Assembly: GCA_964349525.1 (NCBI GenBank) | Contig: CAYGGI010000003.1 | Location: 1-35,662 of the forward strand | Reading direction: 5' to 3' | DNA: 35,662 nt | DNA from: an uncultured Candidatus Saccharibacteria bacterium | Lineage (GTDB): Bacteria; Patescibacteriota; Minisyncoccia; Phycocordibacterales; PALSA-1337 | Shown: positions 16,847 to 26,148 of the stretch, piece after piece | Position numbering within the stretch: position 1 is the first letter of the stretch | Layout of the letters: the number at the start of each line of letters is the position of its first letter | Translations under genes and position numbers: made by a program | Notes under the pieces: model-generated | Told to the model about the DNA's origin: nothing | Seen by the model: the letters and a program-made list of their open reading frames with translations, nothing else | Database searches by the model: none

Positions 16847-17332
16847 ATGAGTATGATCACTAGAAAAAGTAATGCCCTATCTGTTGCAGAATATTTCATT
16901 GATAAGGCAAATAAGGATCATAAGCCTATAACTAACAAGAAGTTACAGAAGCTCCTTTACTATGCTCAAGTCTGGTCCCTAGTCATTAATGATGAAAGAC
17001 TTTTTTCTGAAAGAATTGAAGCTTGGGTTCATGGGCCAGCAGTACCCGCAGTGTATAGGAAGTTTAAAGGGTTTGAATTTAATCCTATCGAACTCGATAC
17101 ATCAAGCATTTCTTTCGGTTTTTCAAAAAAGCAATCCAATTTACTCGATAATATCTGGTCTGTCTATGGAAAATACGATGCCGAGTATCTCGAAGCTTTG
17201 AGCCACTCAGAACTTCCTTGGCAGGAAGCGCGAAAGGAGATATCTGTCTCTGAACCTTCACATAATGTGATTAATTTAGCTACAGCAAAAAAATTCTATG
17301 CAGGAAAACTCAAATCAAAAACTTCCAAATGA
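16847..17332 (+). CDS. Panacea-domain (DUF4065/SocA-like) antitoxin
   Basis: KLQKLLYYAQ, EAWVHGP and SH.E.PW motifs. Confidence 0.9.
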   Translation: MSMITRKSNALSVAEYFIDKANKDHKPITNKKLQKLLYYAQVWSLVINDERLFSERIEAWVHGPAVPAVYRKFKGFEFNPIELDTSSISFGFSKKQSNLLDNIWSVYGKYDAEYLEALSHSELPWQEARKEISVSEPSHNVINLATAKKFYAGKLKSKTSK

Positions 17333-17729
17333 TGTCGCTCATCTAACATCAGACAATAGCACCATCTCTCCAACTGTCGCGATTTCCGACTCTTTAAAGG
17401 ATTATGAGAATAAAAGAGTCGTTTTCAGTTTCGAAATTTATAATAGTAGCCAGTGTGAGATTGCGAAGATAGATAAGGTGGAAGCAAAGAAACTCACGAG
17501 AGAATTGAAGAAAATATCATCAACATCAACCAAACATTTTCGACACCAAAATGTTTCTGGTATTGCCTGCAAACCAGTCTATAATTCAGGCAACTACTCG
17601 GTTTTATTTACCAATATTCCTGAAGATATAGAATTACTGGAAGTCGATTATTCTGGTACGGGAAGGATATTTGGCTACATCGTCACCAATATTTTCAATG
17701 TGGTTGCGATAGGGAGGGATCATAGGTAA
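17298..17729 (+). CDS. putative cognate toxin, RelE-like RNase fold suspected
   Basis: overlaps the antitoxin; FSF N-terminal strand and C-terminal GRIFGY...IFNVV....DH pattern. Confidence 0.6.
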   Translation: MQENSNQKLPNDVAHLTSDNSTISPTVAISDSLKDYENKRVVFSFEIYNSSQCEIAKIDKVEAKKLTRELKKISSTSTKHFRHQNVSGIACKPVYNSGNYSVLFTNIPEDIELLEVDYSGTGRIFGYIVTNIFNVVAIGRDHR

Positions 17730-17757
17730 AATAAGAAACTGCTGTCTGTTGAAAACC

Positions 17758-17780
17758 GACGAAAAATTCGTCACTTTTTT
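17758..17780 (+). repeat. partial third copy of the GTGACGAA-aaa-TTCGTCAC palindrome
   Basis: GACGAAAAATTCGTCACTTTTTT is identical to the 3' part of copy 1. Confidence 0.7.
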
Positions 17781-17789
17781 GAGGTGGGG

Positions 17790-17822
17790 AAAAGAAAACC
17801 GGCAACCATTTCTGATTGCCGG
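17790..17822 (-). terminator. intrinsic terminator of orphan gene 17875-18261
   Basis: CCGGCAATCA-GAAA-TGGTTGCCGG then TTTTCTTTT on the minus strand. Confidence 0.7.
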
Positions 17823-17874
17823 GAAAAATTCTTATGAGTTTTAGACTTGCATCACGGTTACTTTACCGAGTGGG

Positions 17875-18261
17875 TTAACCACTATTTTGAGTGAGGAAGG
17901 TGTGCGCTTCCTGCAGTTGCTTGATTAGTCCAGGAATGAGTGCAAGGGGGACATAGGTTTCCTGTCCTGGGTGGGCGCCGTGTAAAGAGTAATCTGGCCA
18001 AAATCTTACAACCGCCCCCATACTAAGACCTGGTGTAGAAATCAGTGCTGGATCGCAAACAACCGCCATCACATGACCAGAAACAGGAACTGATTGATGA
18101 GTCACTGCAACGGTCATATGCTTTTTCGCAAGGTTGCTTCCATGCGGAAACTGACATTGTATCACACGGTTCATTTGACTAGCCACCTCTCGTGCTACCT
18201 CCAGCCTTTTCACCTGGGCTCTTAATTCTTTGATTTTCCGTGAATCACTTTTCTTTTTCAT
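17875..18261 (-). CDS. hypothetical protein (orphan cassette)
   Basis: GAAGGA SD-like site before ATG 18261; promoter TTGACT-N17-TAATAT; own terminator. Confidence 0.65.
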   Translation of the reverse strand: MKKKSDSRKIKELRAQVKRLEVAREVASQMNRVIQCQFPHGSNLAKKHMTVAVTHQSVPVSGHVMAVVCDPALISTPGLSMGAVVRFWPDYSLHGAHPGQETYVPLALIPGLIKQLQEAHTFLTQNSG

Positions 18262-18427
18262 AATAATATCCTTCACTGGTGCATTGTTTCGGCGCACCAG
18301 TTAAAGCCGTTATGTTTTCAAAAACCTACTATATATTAGCATATATCTATATAAAAGTCAATAGTATTTCCCCTGTCCAAATGACCAATCTTTTGGTATA
18401 CTTCTTGAGTAAAAATCATCCACCCAA

Positions 18428-20923
18428 ATGCCTAAAAATCCCGACAATCAGCCCCGCAATTCAAAGGACGTCCCTGAGGGCGTGGCGAAGCGTGACGCCT
18501 CGCTCGGCATCGTCGCTCGGAGCATCACAACCGAAATGCGCGAGTCGTACCTCGACTACGCCATGTCGGTTATCACCGCCCGCGCCCTTCCCGATGTCCG
18601 CGACGGGCTCAAGCCCGTGCATCGTAGAATCCTCTACGCCATGCACGAGAAAGGCCTAACTTTTTCCTCGAAATTCCGCAAGTCCGCCGTCGTTGTCGGA
18701 GATGTCCTCGGAAACTATCACCCTCATGGAGATGTCGCGGTCTATGACTCGATGGTCGTCATGGCCCAGGACTTCAAGATGCGCTATCCACTCATCGCCG
18801 GCCAGGGAAACTTCGGTAACATCGATGGAGACTCGCAGGCGGCTATGCGATATACCGAGGCTAAAATGTCGCGACTTTCCGCGGAGCTTCTCAAGGATAT
18901 CGAAAAGGATACGGTGGATTTCCGACCGAACTACGATGGTACGAGGAAGGAGCCGATCGTTCTGCCGACCGCCGTTCCCAATTTACTCTTGAACGGTACC
19001 CTCGGTATCGCTGTCGGTATGGCGACAAACATCGCTCCGCACAATCTCGGCGAGGTCGTCGATGCCACCATGCACCTTCTCGAAGACAAAGAAGCAACGA
19101 CAGAGGATCTTCTGACGCATATAAAGGGTCCCGATTTTCCAACTGGCGGTATTATGTATGGAGAAAAAGACATTCATCACGCCTACTCGACCGGTCGTGG
19201 AGGTATCGTCGTCCGTGGTGAGGCGGAAATCGTGGAAGATAAAAAAGGACAGTACCAGATCATCATTTCTTCTATTCCATACCGCGTTACGAAGTCAGAC
19301 CTTATTATAAAGATCGCCGATCTCGTGCGGGATAAGGCAATCGAGGGAATAAAAGGTCTCCGTGACGAGTCCGACAAGGATCTCCGCATTGCGATCGACC
19401 TCAAGCAGGGCGCGCATCCGGAAAAAGTCCTCAACTATATTTATCAGCACACCCAGCTTGAAGACACTTTCCATGTGAATACAGTGGCTCTGGTCAACGG
19501 CGTTCCGCAGACTCTGTCTTTGAAATCAATACTCGAAGAATTTATTACTCACCGTATCGAAGTCATTCGCCGCCGCACGAAGTATGATTTGAATAAAGCC
19601 GAAGAGCGCGAACACATTTTACTCGGTCTCAAGAAGGCCCTCGATCATATCGACGAGATCATCACTCTCATTCGCGGGTCAAAGGATGCGATAGAAGCCC
19701 ACGCCAATTTAATTAAAAAGTTTAAATTCTCCGATCTCCAGGCGACAGCCATTCTCGAGATGCGTCTCCAGAGACTTGCTGGCCTCGAGAGAAAGAAAGT
19801 TCTCGACGAACTTGCAGAGGTTCAAAGGCTCATCGGCGAGCTCAAGGAAATTCTTGGAAGTGAAAAGAAAGTTCGCGCGCTCATAAAGGGCGAGCTGACA
19901 GATATAAAAACAAAGTACGGTGACGATCGTCGAACGAAACTCATCAAGCATAGTCTCAAGGACTTTAACCCCGAAGATCTCATTCCCGACGAAGAGAGTG
20001 TACTCGTGCTGACGAAAGGTGGATATATCAAGCGCACTAATCCTGACGAATATCGCAAGCAAAAGCGTGGTGGCGTCGGCGTCGTTGATCTCGATACAAA
20101 GGAAGAGGATTTCATCTCGCACCTCATTTACACCAATGCTCACAGCGACCTCCTTTTCTTTACCGACCTCGGCAAGGCATACCAGATAAAGATGTACGAT
20201 GTGCCGGAAGGTAAACGCGCGACGAAGGGTAAGTCTATTATGAATTTCCTTTCACTCTCCGAAGGCGAAAAAGTCACTTCTATATTGCCGATGCCGAAGA
20301 ATAAAAAAGAGGCAGATGGACTCGCCCTCATGATGGTCACAAAGGGTGGTACGGGTAAAAAGAGCTCAGCAAAACATTTCCATGACGTCCGCCGATCTGG
20401 CCTCATCGCTATCACACTCGACGAGGGCGACGAGCTCATGTCCGCATCGTTCGTCTCAAAGGGTGATGATGTCGTGATAGCAACGAAGGAAGGGCAGTCT
20501 ATCCGCTTCGAAGAAGCCGATGTACGAGAAATGGGAAGAAATGCGGCTGGAGTGCGCGTTATAAAATTGGATAAAAAGGATCAGGTCATTTCCGCCGACA
20601 TCGTGTCGAAGGATGCAAAGAATCCAATGCTCCTCGTTATGGGCTCAAACGGCTACGGTAAAAAGACGAAACTTTCAGAATACAAAACTCAGAATCGCGG
20701 TGGTTCCGGCATCCTCACCATGAACGTCACGACGAAGACCGGTCCCCTCATGGCGGCAAAAGTCACGACAGATGATAATGAGGAAATCGTGGCAATGTCG
20801 AAGGCGAGCCAGGTCATCCGCGTTGATATAAAGGAGATTCCGACTCTCGGTCGCTCGACACAGGGCGTCCGCGTCATGAAGCTCCGTGATGGGGATTCTC
20901 TCGCGAGCTTGATTTGTTTCTAA
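18428..20923 (+). CDS. gyrA: DNA gyrase subunit A
   Basis: [28 protein letters not shown] (catalytic Tyr), GyrA-box QKRGGVG, beta-pinwheel repeats. Confidence 0.98.
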   Translation: MPKNPDNQPRNSKDVPEGVAKRDASLGIVARSITTEMRESYLDYAMSVITARALPDVRDGLKPVHRRILYAMHEKGLTFSSKFRKSAVVVGDVLGNYHPHGDVAVYDSMVVMAQDFKMRYPLIAGQGNFGNIDGDSQAAMRYTEAKMSRLSAELLKDIEKDTVDFRPNYDGTRKEPIVLPTAVPNLLLNGTLGIAVGMATNIAPHNLGEVVDATMHLLEDKEATTEDLLTHIKGPDFPTGGIMYGEKDIHHAYSTGRGGIVVRGEAEIVEDKKGQYQIIISSIPYRVTKSDLIIKIADLVRDKAIEGIKGLRDESDKDLRIAIDLKQGAHPEKVLNYIYQHTQLEDTFHVNTVALVNGVPQTLSLKSILEEFITHRIEVIRRRTKYDLNKAEEREHILLGLKKALDHIDEIITLIRGSKDAIEAHANLIKKFKFSDLQATAILEMRLQRLAGLERKKVLDELAEVQRLIGELKEILGSEKKVRALIKGELTDIKTKYGDDRRTKLIKHSLKDFNPEDLIPDEESVLVLTKGGYIKRTNPDEYRKQKRGGVGVVDLDTKEEDFISHLIYTNAHSDLLFFTDLGKAYQIKMYDVPEGKRATKGKSIMNFLSLSEGEKVTSILPMPKNKKEADGLALMMVTKGGTGKKSSAKHFHDVRRSGLIAITLDEGDELMSASFVSKGDDVVIATKEGQSIRFEEADVREMGRNAAGVRVIKLDKKDQVISADIVSKDAKNPMLLVMGSNGYGKKTKLSEYKTQNRGGSGILTMNVTTKTGPLMAAKVTTDDNEEIVAMSKASQVIRVDIKEIPTLGRSTQGVRVMKLRDGDSLASLICF

Positions 20924-20937
20924 GGGTTTGCTAGAAT
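20909..20937 (+). promoter_or_regulatory. sigma70 promoter TTGATT-N17-TAGAAT with extended -10, overlapping the gyrA stop codon
   Basis: -35 at 20909-20914, TG at 20929-20930, -10 at 20932-20937; no + strand gene follows. Confidence 0.6.
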
Positions 20938-20943
20938 GAAACC

Positions 20944-21035
20944 ATAACGAGTGCTGGGGACAGATTCCCGTGTGGAAGTGGGTCGAAAGACTCTTACCCA
21001 ATAACACTGGCAAAACCGCCGAAAGGCGGCTTTCG
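20944..21035 (+). ncRNA. candidate DUF3800-associated structured small RNA
   Basis: hairpins GGGA-cagat-TCCC, GGGTC-GAAA-GACTC and CCGCC-GAAA-GGCGG; promoter upstream; convergent with the DUF3800 gene. Confidence 0.55.
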
Positions 21036-21038
21036 CGT

Positions 21039-21602
21039 CTATAGCCATGATAGGTTAAAATTGGAAGCGTTTCGAGCGATTAAATTGAATAACCTTTTTG
21101 TTTCTATGTGTTCCGGATTTTCTAGATGAAAGCGGAACAAACCCGCTAGAGCATCGGCGAGTCGCAGGAGTGGTGAAGCCCCGTCTTTTCTTATGGAAAG
21201 GATGCGAGTGGAAATTTTATTACTACGAAGAATCCCTTTTATCCTTCTTTCGTATGAATGAGTTTTCTGACCGTCAAAGATAACATGTTTTACTTTTTTA
21301 TTTCTGATAAACATCCCCAAGGAAGCAGAGAGAAAATCATGGTAATACAGGGGATTATGTCTGACTGATATTTCGATAGAGATTTTGTTTAAGATGTTCT
21401 TGGTTAATACTTTATCAAGAAACTTCTTACGAATTTCCATAGTATGATGTGTCCAGTGGAATAGTGGTATGTGTAAACTTTTCTCAACCGAGATTATTAC
21501 TTTTTCGAGCTCTTCAATAGCGTCAGGCATGATAAAAAACATTGCTACAGTCGAAAGGCCTGTATCTTTATGTATTCCTGATTCATCGATAAATCCATGC
21601 AT
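21039..21602 (-). CDS. DUF3800-like protein (RNase H-like fold), second divergent copy
   Basis: GFIDESG at the N-terminus, central IFDG, C-terminal LLRLADALAG (QxxD variant). Confidence 0.78.
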   Translation of the reverse strand: MHGFIDESGIHKDTGLSTVAMFFIMPDAIEELEKVIISVEKSLHIPLFHWTHHTMEIRKKFLDKVLTKNILNKISIEISVRHNPLYYHDFLSASLGMFIRNKKVKHVIFDGQKTHSYERRIKGILRSNKISTRILSIRKDGASPLLRLADALAGLFRFHLENPEHIETKRLFNLIARNASNFNLSWL

Positions 21603-21623
21603 ATTACCAGCATACACACTCGA

Positions 21624-21664
21624 GATAAAATTTCGATAAAATAAAGATAAAATATCGATAAAAT
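21624..21664. repeat. four GATAAAAT direct repeats with exact 11-bp period upstream of DUF3800 copy 2
   Basis: copies start at 21624, 21635, 21646 and 21657. Confidence 0.75.
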
Positions 21665-21731
21665 TTTAATTAGACAACAGAAAAGGTGCTATTGGCAAGT
21701 TCTCTAGAGGGAAAAATAGATTTTTTATAAG

Positions 21732-21770
21732 AAAAAAGAAGAACCCGCTTGGCCGTGAAGCAAAGCGGGT
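21732..21770 (-). terminator. intrinsic terminator of the oxygenase gene
   Basis: ACCCGCTT...AAGCGGGT stem followed by TCTTCTTTTTT on the minus strand. Confidence 0.65.
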
Positions 21771-21816
21771 CTCTGATTTCTTCCGACCGACATGTGTCAC
21801 TCATTGTACGGCGGTG

Positions 21817-22641
21817 TTAGAAATGTATGTGGGCAAAGAAAACGATTGATTGCCTTACGGTGCCTCCATCTTGACCGCACCCATGACCGTCGTTCTCCTT
21901 GTTTGCGCATCCACCACAGCTCGCAGTGCAAGCCGGTGGAGTGAAGTCCTCGGGCACGACGACGGAGTGTCTGACCCCCTTGAGGATACCCTGAGTGAAA
22001 AGCCTTGCTTTCTCGCCGGTGAAGACGAGAGCTTTGTCTCTTTGCGGTTGATACTGCAGGCGACGATCAGGTAATTCAAGGACAAGGGCTGGATGGCTCT
22101 CGTAGACCTGAAATGTACCGAAGTTCCGATCTACATGAGGCTTGCCGAGCTGTTGCCCGGGTGAAAGCCCTTCATTGTATGACAACAGCCGAAGTACATG
22201 CCGTGTCCTAGCGACTGGGGAGAGAAACCTCTCGGCGAAGCTGTAGCCTACGAGTTGTCTGTCGAGACCCCGTGCGACTTCGAGGAAGCGGTCATGGCAG
22301 TACTGCCAGAGCGCGTTCATCCCGAGGAGCCAGTTGAGCCGGCGGGTGTAGTCCATGCCTGCATGGTCGAGCAAGGCGAAGAGGTGTGGTTTGTGATGGA
22401 AGAAGTGCTTGTTGTCGTATCCTCCACCATCGCGAATGACATACCCGTCATCCCAATCATTGGGATTACCGACCCGTCAACGAAGGCGGTTTTCGGTAGA
22501 AAGCAGAAGGAAGTCATTCCACCCTGCCATGATCCGATCGATCAGCTCTCTGCGAGGAGCGAAGTCGATGAAGCTGTATCCCTGCAGTTTTAATTCAGGG
22601 GCAGTGCAGGAGTTCTGCGCGGTCGCGCACGATGCGTTCAT
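21817..22641 (-). pseudogene. 2OG-Fe(II) oxygenase (isopenicillin N synthase-like) interrupted by a single in-frame TGA at codon 55
   Basis: HVD (HxD), RH and RQS motifs; the frame continues upstream of 22374 through TGA (22477-22479) to ATG 22641 (MNASCAT...QGYSFIDF...RLR*RVGNP). Confidence 0.7.
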
Positions 22642-22788
22642 AGGCGTTTCTTTTTTTTGAATGTTGATTCAGATCTGGTGATCCGCCTTTAATTTAATCA
22701 TGAAGGCAGAAACAGGTAAAGCAAAAAATACACTACGCAACACATTGAGCTACATGAAAACTGTAAAGTGTGCTATACTTACCCCCTC

Positions 22789-23028
22789 ATGCCCTCATTC
22801 ATCCACGCCGATATTTTCTTCTTCATCTCCTCGATCGGATTTGTCACACTCTTCATCATTCTCGTCGTTCTCCTTTATTATATCGTGAAAGCCACTCGCT
22901 CATTTACTGATCTTATCATCAAAATCGAGGAAAACGTTGACAGTGTCGGCGATGCCGGCAGAGACCTCATCGATGACATGCGCAATAGTATTGCCTTCAA
23001 ATTCTTGTTCAGATCGCGAAAGAAATAA
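22789..23028 (+). CDS. small membrane protein (DUF948-like: TM + coiled coil)
   Basis: ADIFFFISSI TM segment followed by an amphipathic helix; adjacent to a YtxH-like gene. Confidence 0.65.
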   Translation: MPSFIHADIFFFISSIGFVTLFIILVVLLYYIVKATRSFTDLIIKIEENVDSVGDAGRDLIDDMRNSIAFKFLFRSRKK

Positions 23029-23091
23029 CGATACTGAAAATAGACTATTAAAAAGGGGGATATTATTAAACTAACAGAAAACACATTATAT

Positions 23092-23433
23092 ATGATTAAA
23101 AAAACAAAGTCAGTTTCTCCGTCGACGAAGACCATGATTTCCATTGGTGCGGGAGTAGCCGCGCTAGCCACAGCGTCATACTACCTCTTTGGTCCAAAGG
23201 GTAAGGATCACCGGAAGTCTATGAAGGGCTGGATGATAAAGATGAAAGGGGAGATCGTCGAGAAGATAGAGGATGTAAAGGAACTCACCGAACCCATTTA
23301 CCATGACATCGTGGATTCTGTCGTCGCTTCCTACGCTACGACAAAGAAGATTGGGAGTAAGGAGCTCAGCGTCTTTTCTGATAACCTAAAGGGTCAATGG
23401 AAGGATATTATAAAAGCGTCTTCCAAAAAATAA
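23092..23433 (+). CDS. YtxH-like small protein
   Basis: GAGVAALA...YYLFGPKGK..R pattern followed by a helical region. Confidence 0.65.
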   Translation: MIKKTKSVSPSTKTMISIGAGVAALATASYYLFGPKGKDHRKSMKGWMIKMKGEIVEKIEDVKELTEPIYHDIVDSVVASYATTKKIGSKELSVFSDNLKGQWKDIIKASSKK

Positions 23434-24190
23434 TCGCGAAGACACTGGCAAGGAGGATTCGGTAGATTCCAAAGGGGATAAAATCGTGTTTTCTGATGTA
23501 CTGCAAGAGGAATTTGATGCTTCCGAGTGCCACGAGGAAAGATACGATAAATCCGACTGCGAGGACTCCGAACTGGTCCATTGAGAAAATTGAATAGTTT
23601 TTCACGAGATCAAGTCCACTGGCCGCGAGCATGGTCGGTACTGCGAGGAGGAAGGAGAATTCGACTATTGTAGTGCGCGTGAGACCAAGGAGAAGCCCTC
23701 CTACGATAGTGCTCGCCGAACGGGAGACGCCGGGGATGATGGCAAGGGATTGGAAGGTGCCGATAATGGCTGCCTGTTTGTATGATATTTCGTCAGATTC
23801 CTGGAGTTCTGATAGGGGTTTTTTCTTGTACCACATTTCAAAGACAATAAGACAAATACCTCCGAGCGCTAGAGACCATAGTACGATGGTCGTAGAGCCC
23901 ATGAGGTATGTCTTCACTATTTTATACAATGCTAGTCCGATAATACCTGTCGGGATAAAGGCAACTAGCAATTTTTTAATCATCTCCCAATTCCACAATT
24001 TCTTCCAATACACAACGATGACGGATAGAATAGCGCCGAGCTGGATCACGATCTCGAAACTCTTTAAAAATGCACTCTCGGGAATATGGAGGAGGGAACT
24101 GGCGAGGATAAGGTGACCAGTCGAAGAGACAGGCAGGAATTCAGTAACGCCCTCGACAATACCGAGAATGATACTATGGAAAATATCCAT
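23408..24190 (-). CDS. uppP: undecaprenyl-diphosphate phosphatase BacA/UppP
   Basis: GIVEGVTEFLPVSSTGHL and PGVSRS motifs. Confidence 0.96.
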   Translation of the reverse strand: MDIFHSIILGIVEGVTEFLPVSSTGHLILASSLLHIPESAFLKSFEIVIQLGAILSVIVVYWKKLWNWEMIKKLLVAFIPTGIIGLALYKIVKTYLMGSTTIVLWSLALGGICLIVFEMWYKKKPLSELQESDEISYKQAAIIGTFQSLAIIPGVSRSASTIVGGLLLGLTRTTIVEFSFLLAVPTMLAASGLDLVKNYSIFSMDQFGVLAVGFIVSFLVALGSIKFLLQYIRKHDFIPFGIYRILLASVFAIIFWKTLL

Positions 24191-24205
24191 GAAATACGGC
24201 GGGAA

Positions 24206-24460
24206 CTATGAAAGATGCTTTGAAACGAGCTTTGTCATCTCGAACATGTTGACCGTCGCCTTGCCTCCGAAGACTTTCTTGAGGTTTTCGTCAGCGTTGA
24301 TGTTTCTCTTGTTGGTCTCATCCTGGAGCTTGTTAGCTTTGATGTAGACCCAGAGCTTCTTTACGACTTCTGATCGGGCCATTGGACCCTTGCCGACAAC
24401 GGCTGCGAGATCTTCACTGACTGCGAGCGGCTTCATAAATGCTGAATTAGCGTTTGCCAT
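24206..24460 (-). CDS. stand-alone SWIB/MDM2-domain protein
   Basis: S..LA.VVG..PM.RSEVVKKLW.YIK.NKLQD..NKR.I.AD..LK.VF pattern. Confidence 0.9.
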   Translation of the reverse strand: MANANSAFMKPLAVSEDLAAVVGKGPMARSEVVKKLWVYIKANKLQDETNKRNINADENLKKVFGGKATVNMFEMTKLVSKHLS

Positions 24461-24515
24461 ATTTTTTATAATTATTTAATAACCCCCTCATTATACACTA
24501 GAGGGAGTTTTTACG

Positions 24516-25976
24516 CTATTTCTCCAAATCAAGCGTCTCATCAATACGAATCTTCTCCACGAAATCTGGCACATGGGAAACGAGAATCATGGCGCCAGCG
24601 TAGGAATCGAGTGCCGCAGCAATAACGGGAATATGGCGGAAATTGATGTGGTTTGTCGGCTCGTCGAGGATGAGGAGGCCGGGCTTCTGGAGCACGAGTC
24701 GGGCAAATGCCACGAGACCCTTTTGACCTTCAGACAGATCGCCGATCTTTGTATTGATGGAATCACCTCCAATGAGAAATCCGGCGGCGACACCGCGCAT
24801 CGTCTGCTCCACCTGTTTGTCCATGACGGACATGAGGGAATCGTAGACGCTTTCTTCGAAATTGAGGGTCGAGAAATCCTGGCGATAGTAGCCGACCTTG
24901 ATGCCGGGAGCGATGATGGTGCCTTCAGCCGTGCCTTTTGCGAGTGATTCGAGAAGGGTACTTTTCCCGATACCGTTCGGACCTTTTAAGAGAAGGTGCT
25001 GTCCGCGCTTGAGCTTGAGGTCGACTTTTCTTTTAACTGGTTTATGGGTTTTCGGATTCATAACGGTAAATGAGGAGACGGTCGCGATGGTTCCGACGAG
25101 GTCATTCTGGCAGGGAATCTCGAAGGCACGGATGGTCTTGTCTTCCTTCCTCGTATCGACGATTTCTTCTTCGAGCTCCTCGGCTTTCTCGCGCATTCTC
25201 TTTGCCACGAGGCGCATCTGGCCACCTTTGTTTGCAAAGAATCCGGCTTTGTCTTTATTCTCCTGAATCTCTTTCGCGAGTTGGGCATTCTTGCGGTTTT
25301 CTTTCTCTACTTGAGCGGCGATTTGTTCCTGTACATCATAGTAGTTGCCGACGAATTGCTCGACTTTTTTTGTATACACATCGAGATAGAGGACGCCGTC
25401 GGTAAAGGAGTTGAGGAACTGGGCTTCGTGGGAAATAACGATGACAGTTTTCTGGTAATTGACGAGGAACTGGGTGAGGTGCTCGATACCGGACTTGTCG
25501 AGGTTGTTCGTCGGCTCGTCGAGGAGTAGGAGATCGGGATCCTGAATGAGCGCCGAGGCGAGGAGGAGGCGAGCCTGTTGTCCGCCGGAAAAGGAACGGA
25601 TGATGCGCTCGTGCGGCGCGTGGAGGTTGACGACTTCGAGAACAGCATCAATTTTCGGATCGATATCGTACATTTTTTCTTTGAAACATTTCTGGAAAAA
25701 TTCGCGGATGGAGAGGTCGAGCTCGTCCTGCGGGATGACCTGTCGTCCGAGGGCGATCGTTATTCCGTTGGTCAGGAAGATACTACCGGACTCGGGTTTC
25801 AGATGCTTTGTTGTCAGTTCGAAAATGGTGGATTTTCCAGCGCCGTTCTGGCCCATGATGGTGATCTTTGACCCGCGACGAACGTTAAAGGAGACCTCAT
25901 CGAGGATGGGTTTATTGTGGCCGTATGAAAATGATACTTCTTCGAAGCGAAGTATGGTGTCGGTGGGGGAGGGCAT
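24516..25976 (-). CDS. ABC-F family ATPase (ribosome-associated)
   Basis: two NBDs (GQNGAGKST, FSGGQ, LLLDEPTNNLD; GPNGIGKST, LSEGQ, LDEPTNH), inter-domain linker, no TM segments. Confidence 0.92.
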   Translation of the reverse strand: MPSPTDTILRFEEVSFSYGHNKPILDEVSFNVRRGSKITIMGQNGAGKSTIFELTTKHLKPESGSIFLTNGITIALGRQVIPQDELDLSIREFFQKCFKEKMYDIDPKIDAVLEVVNLHAPHERIIRSFSGGQQARLLLASALIQDPDLLLLDEPTNNLDKSGIEHLTQFLVNYQKTVIVISHEAQFLNSFTDGVLYLDVYTKKVEQFVGNYYDVQEQIAAQVEKENRKNAQLAKEIQENKDKAGFFANKGGQMRLVAKRMREKAEELEEEIVDTRKEDKTIRAFEIPCQNDLVGTIATVSSFTVMNPKTHKPVKRKVDLKLKRGQHLLLKGPNGIGKSTLLESLAKGTAEGTIIAPGIKVGYYRQDFSTLNFEESVYDSLMSVMDKQVEQTMRGVAAGFLIGGDSINTKIGDLSEGQKGLVAFARLVLQKPGLLILDEPTNHINFRHIPVIAAALDSYAGAMILVSHVPDFVEKIRIDETLDLEK

Positions 25977-26148
25977 GGGTGGAGTGGGTGTGGTAAATAA
26001 AGGGGATTTCAGTGTAACACAGAAGACAAATTGGACAAGCGTGCGGTCTTTCCCTTTCCTTCAACTGGTAACATTCTGTAACCAGTTCCCTAGAACCGGT
26101 AACAGTTTGTAACCGGTTGGTGAAAACCTATCAGATTGAACAGTCTTA

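Noticed and set aside
18275..18301. Hairpin ACTGGTGC/GCACCAGT in the leader of the orphan gene, considered as a riboswitch
   Set aside because: Single stem with no recognisable aptamer consensus
22477..22479. Genetic code 25 (UGA=Gly) or selenocysteine as the explanation for the in-frame TGA
   Set aside because: TGA is used as a normal stop elsewhere (e.g. 2764-2766, 29731-29733), no other gene has internal TGA, and no Sec machinery or catalytic Cys position is evident
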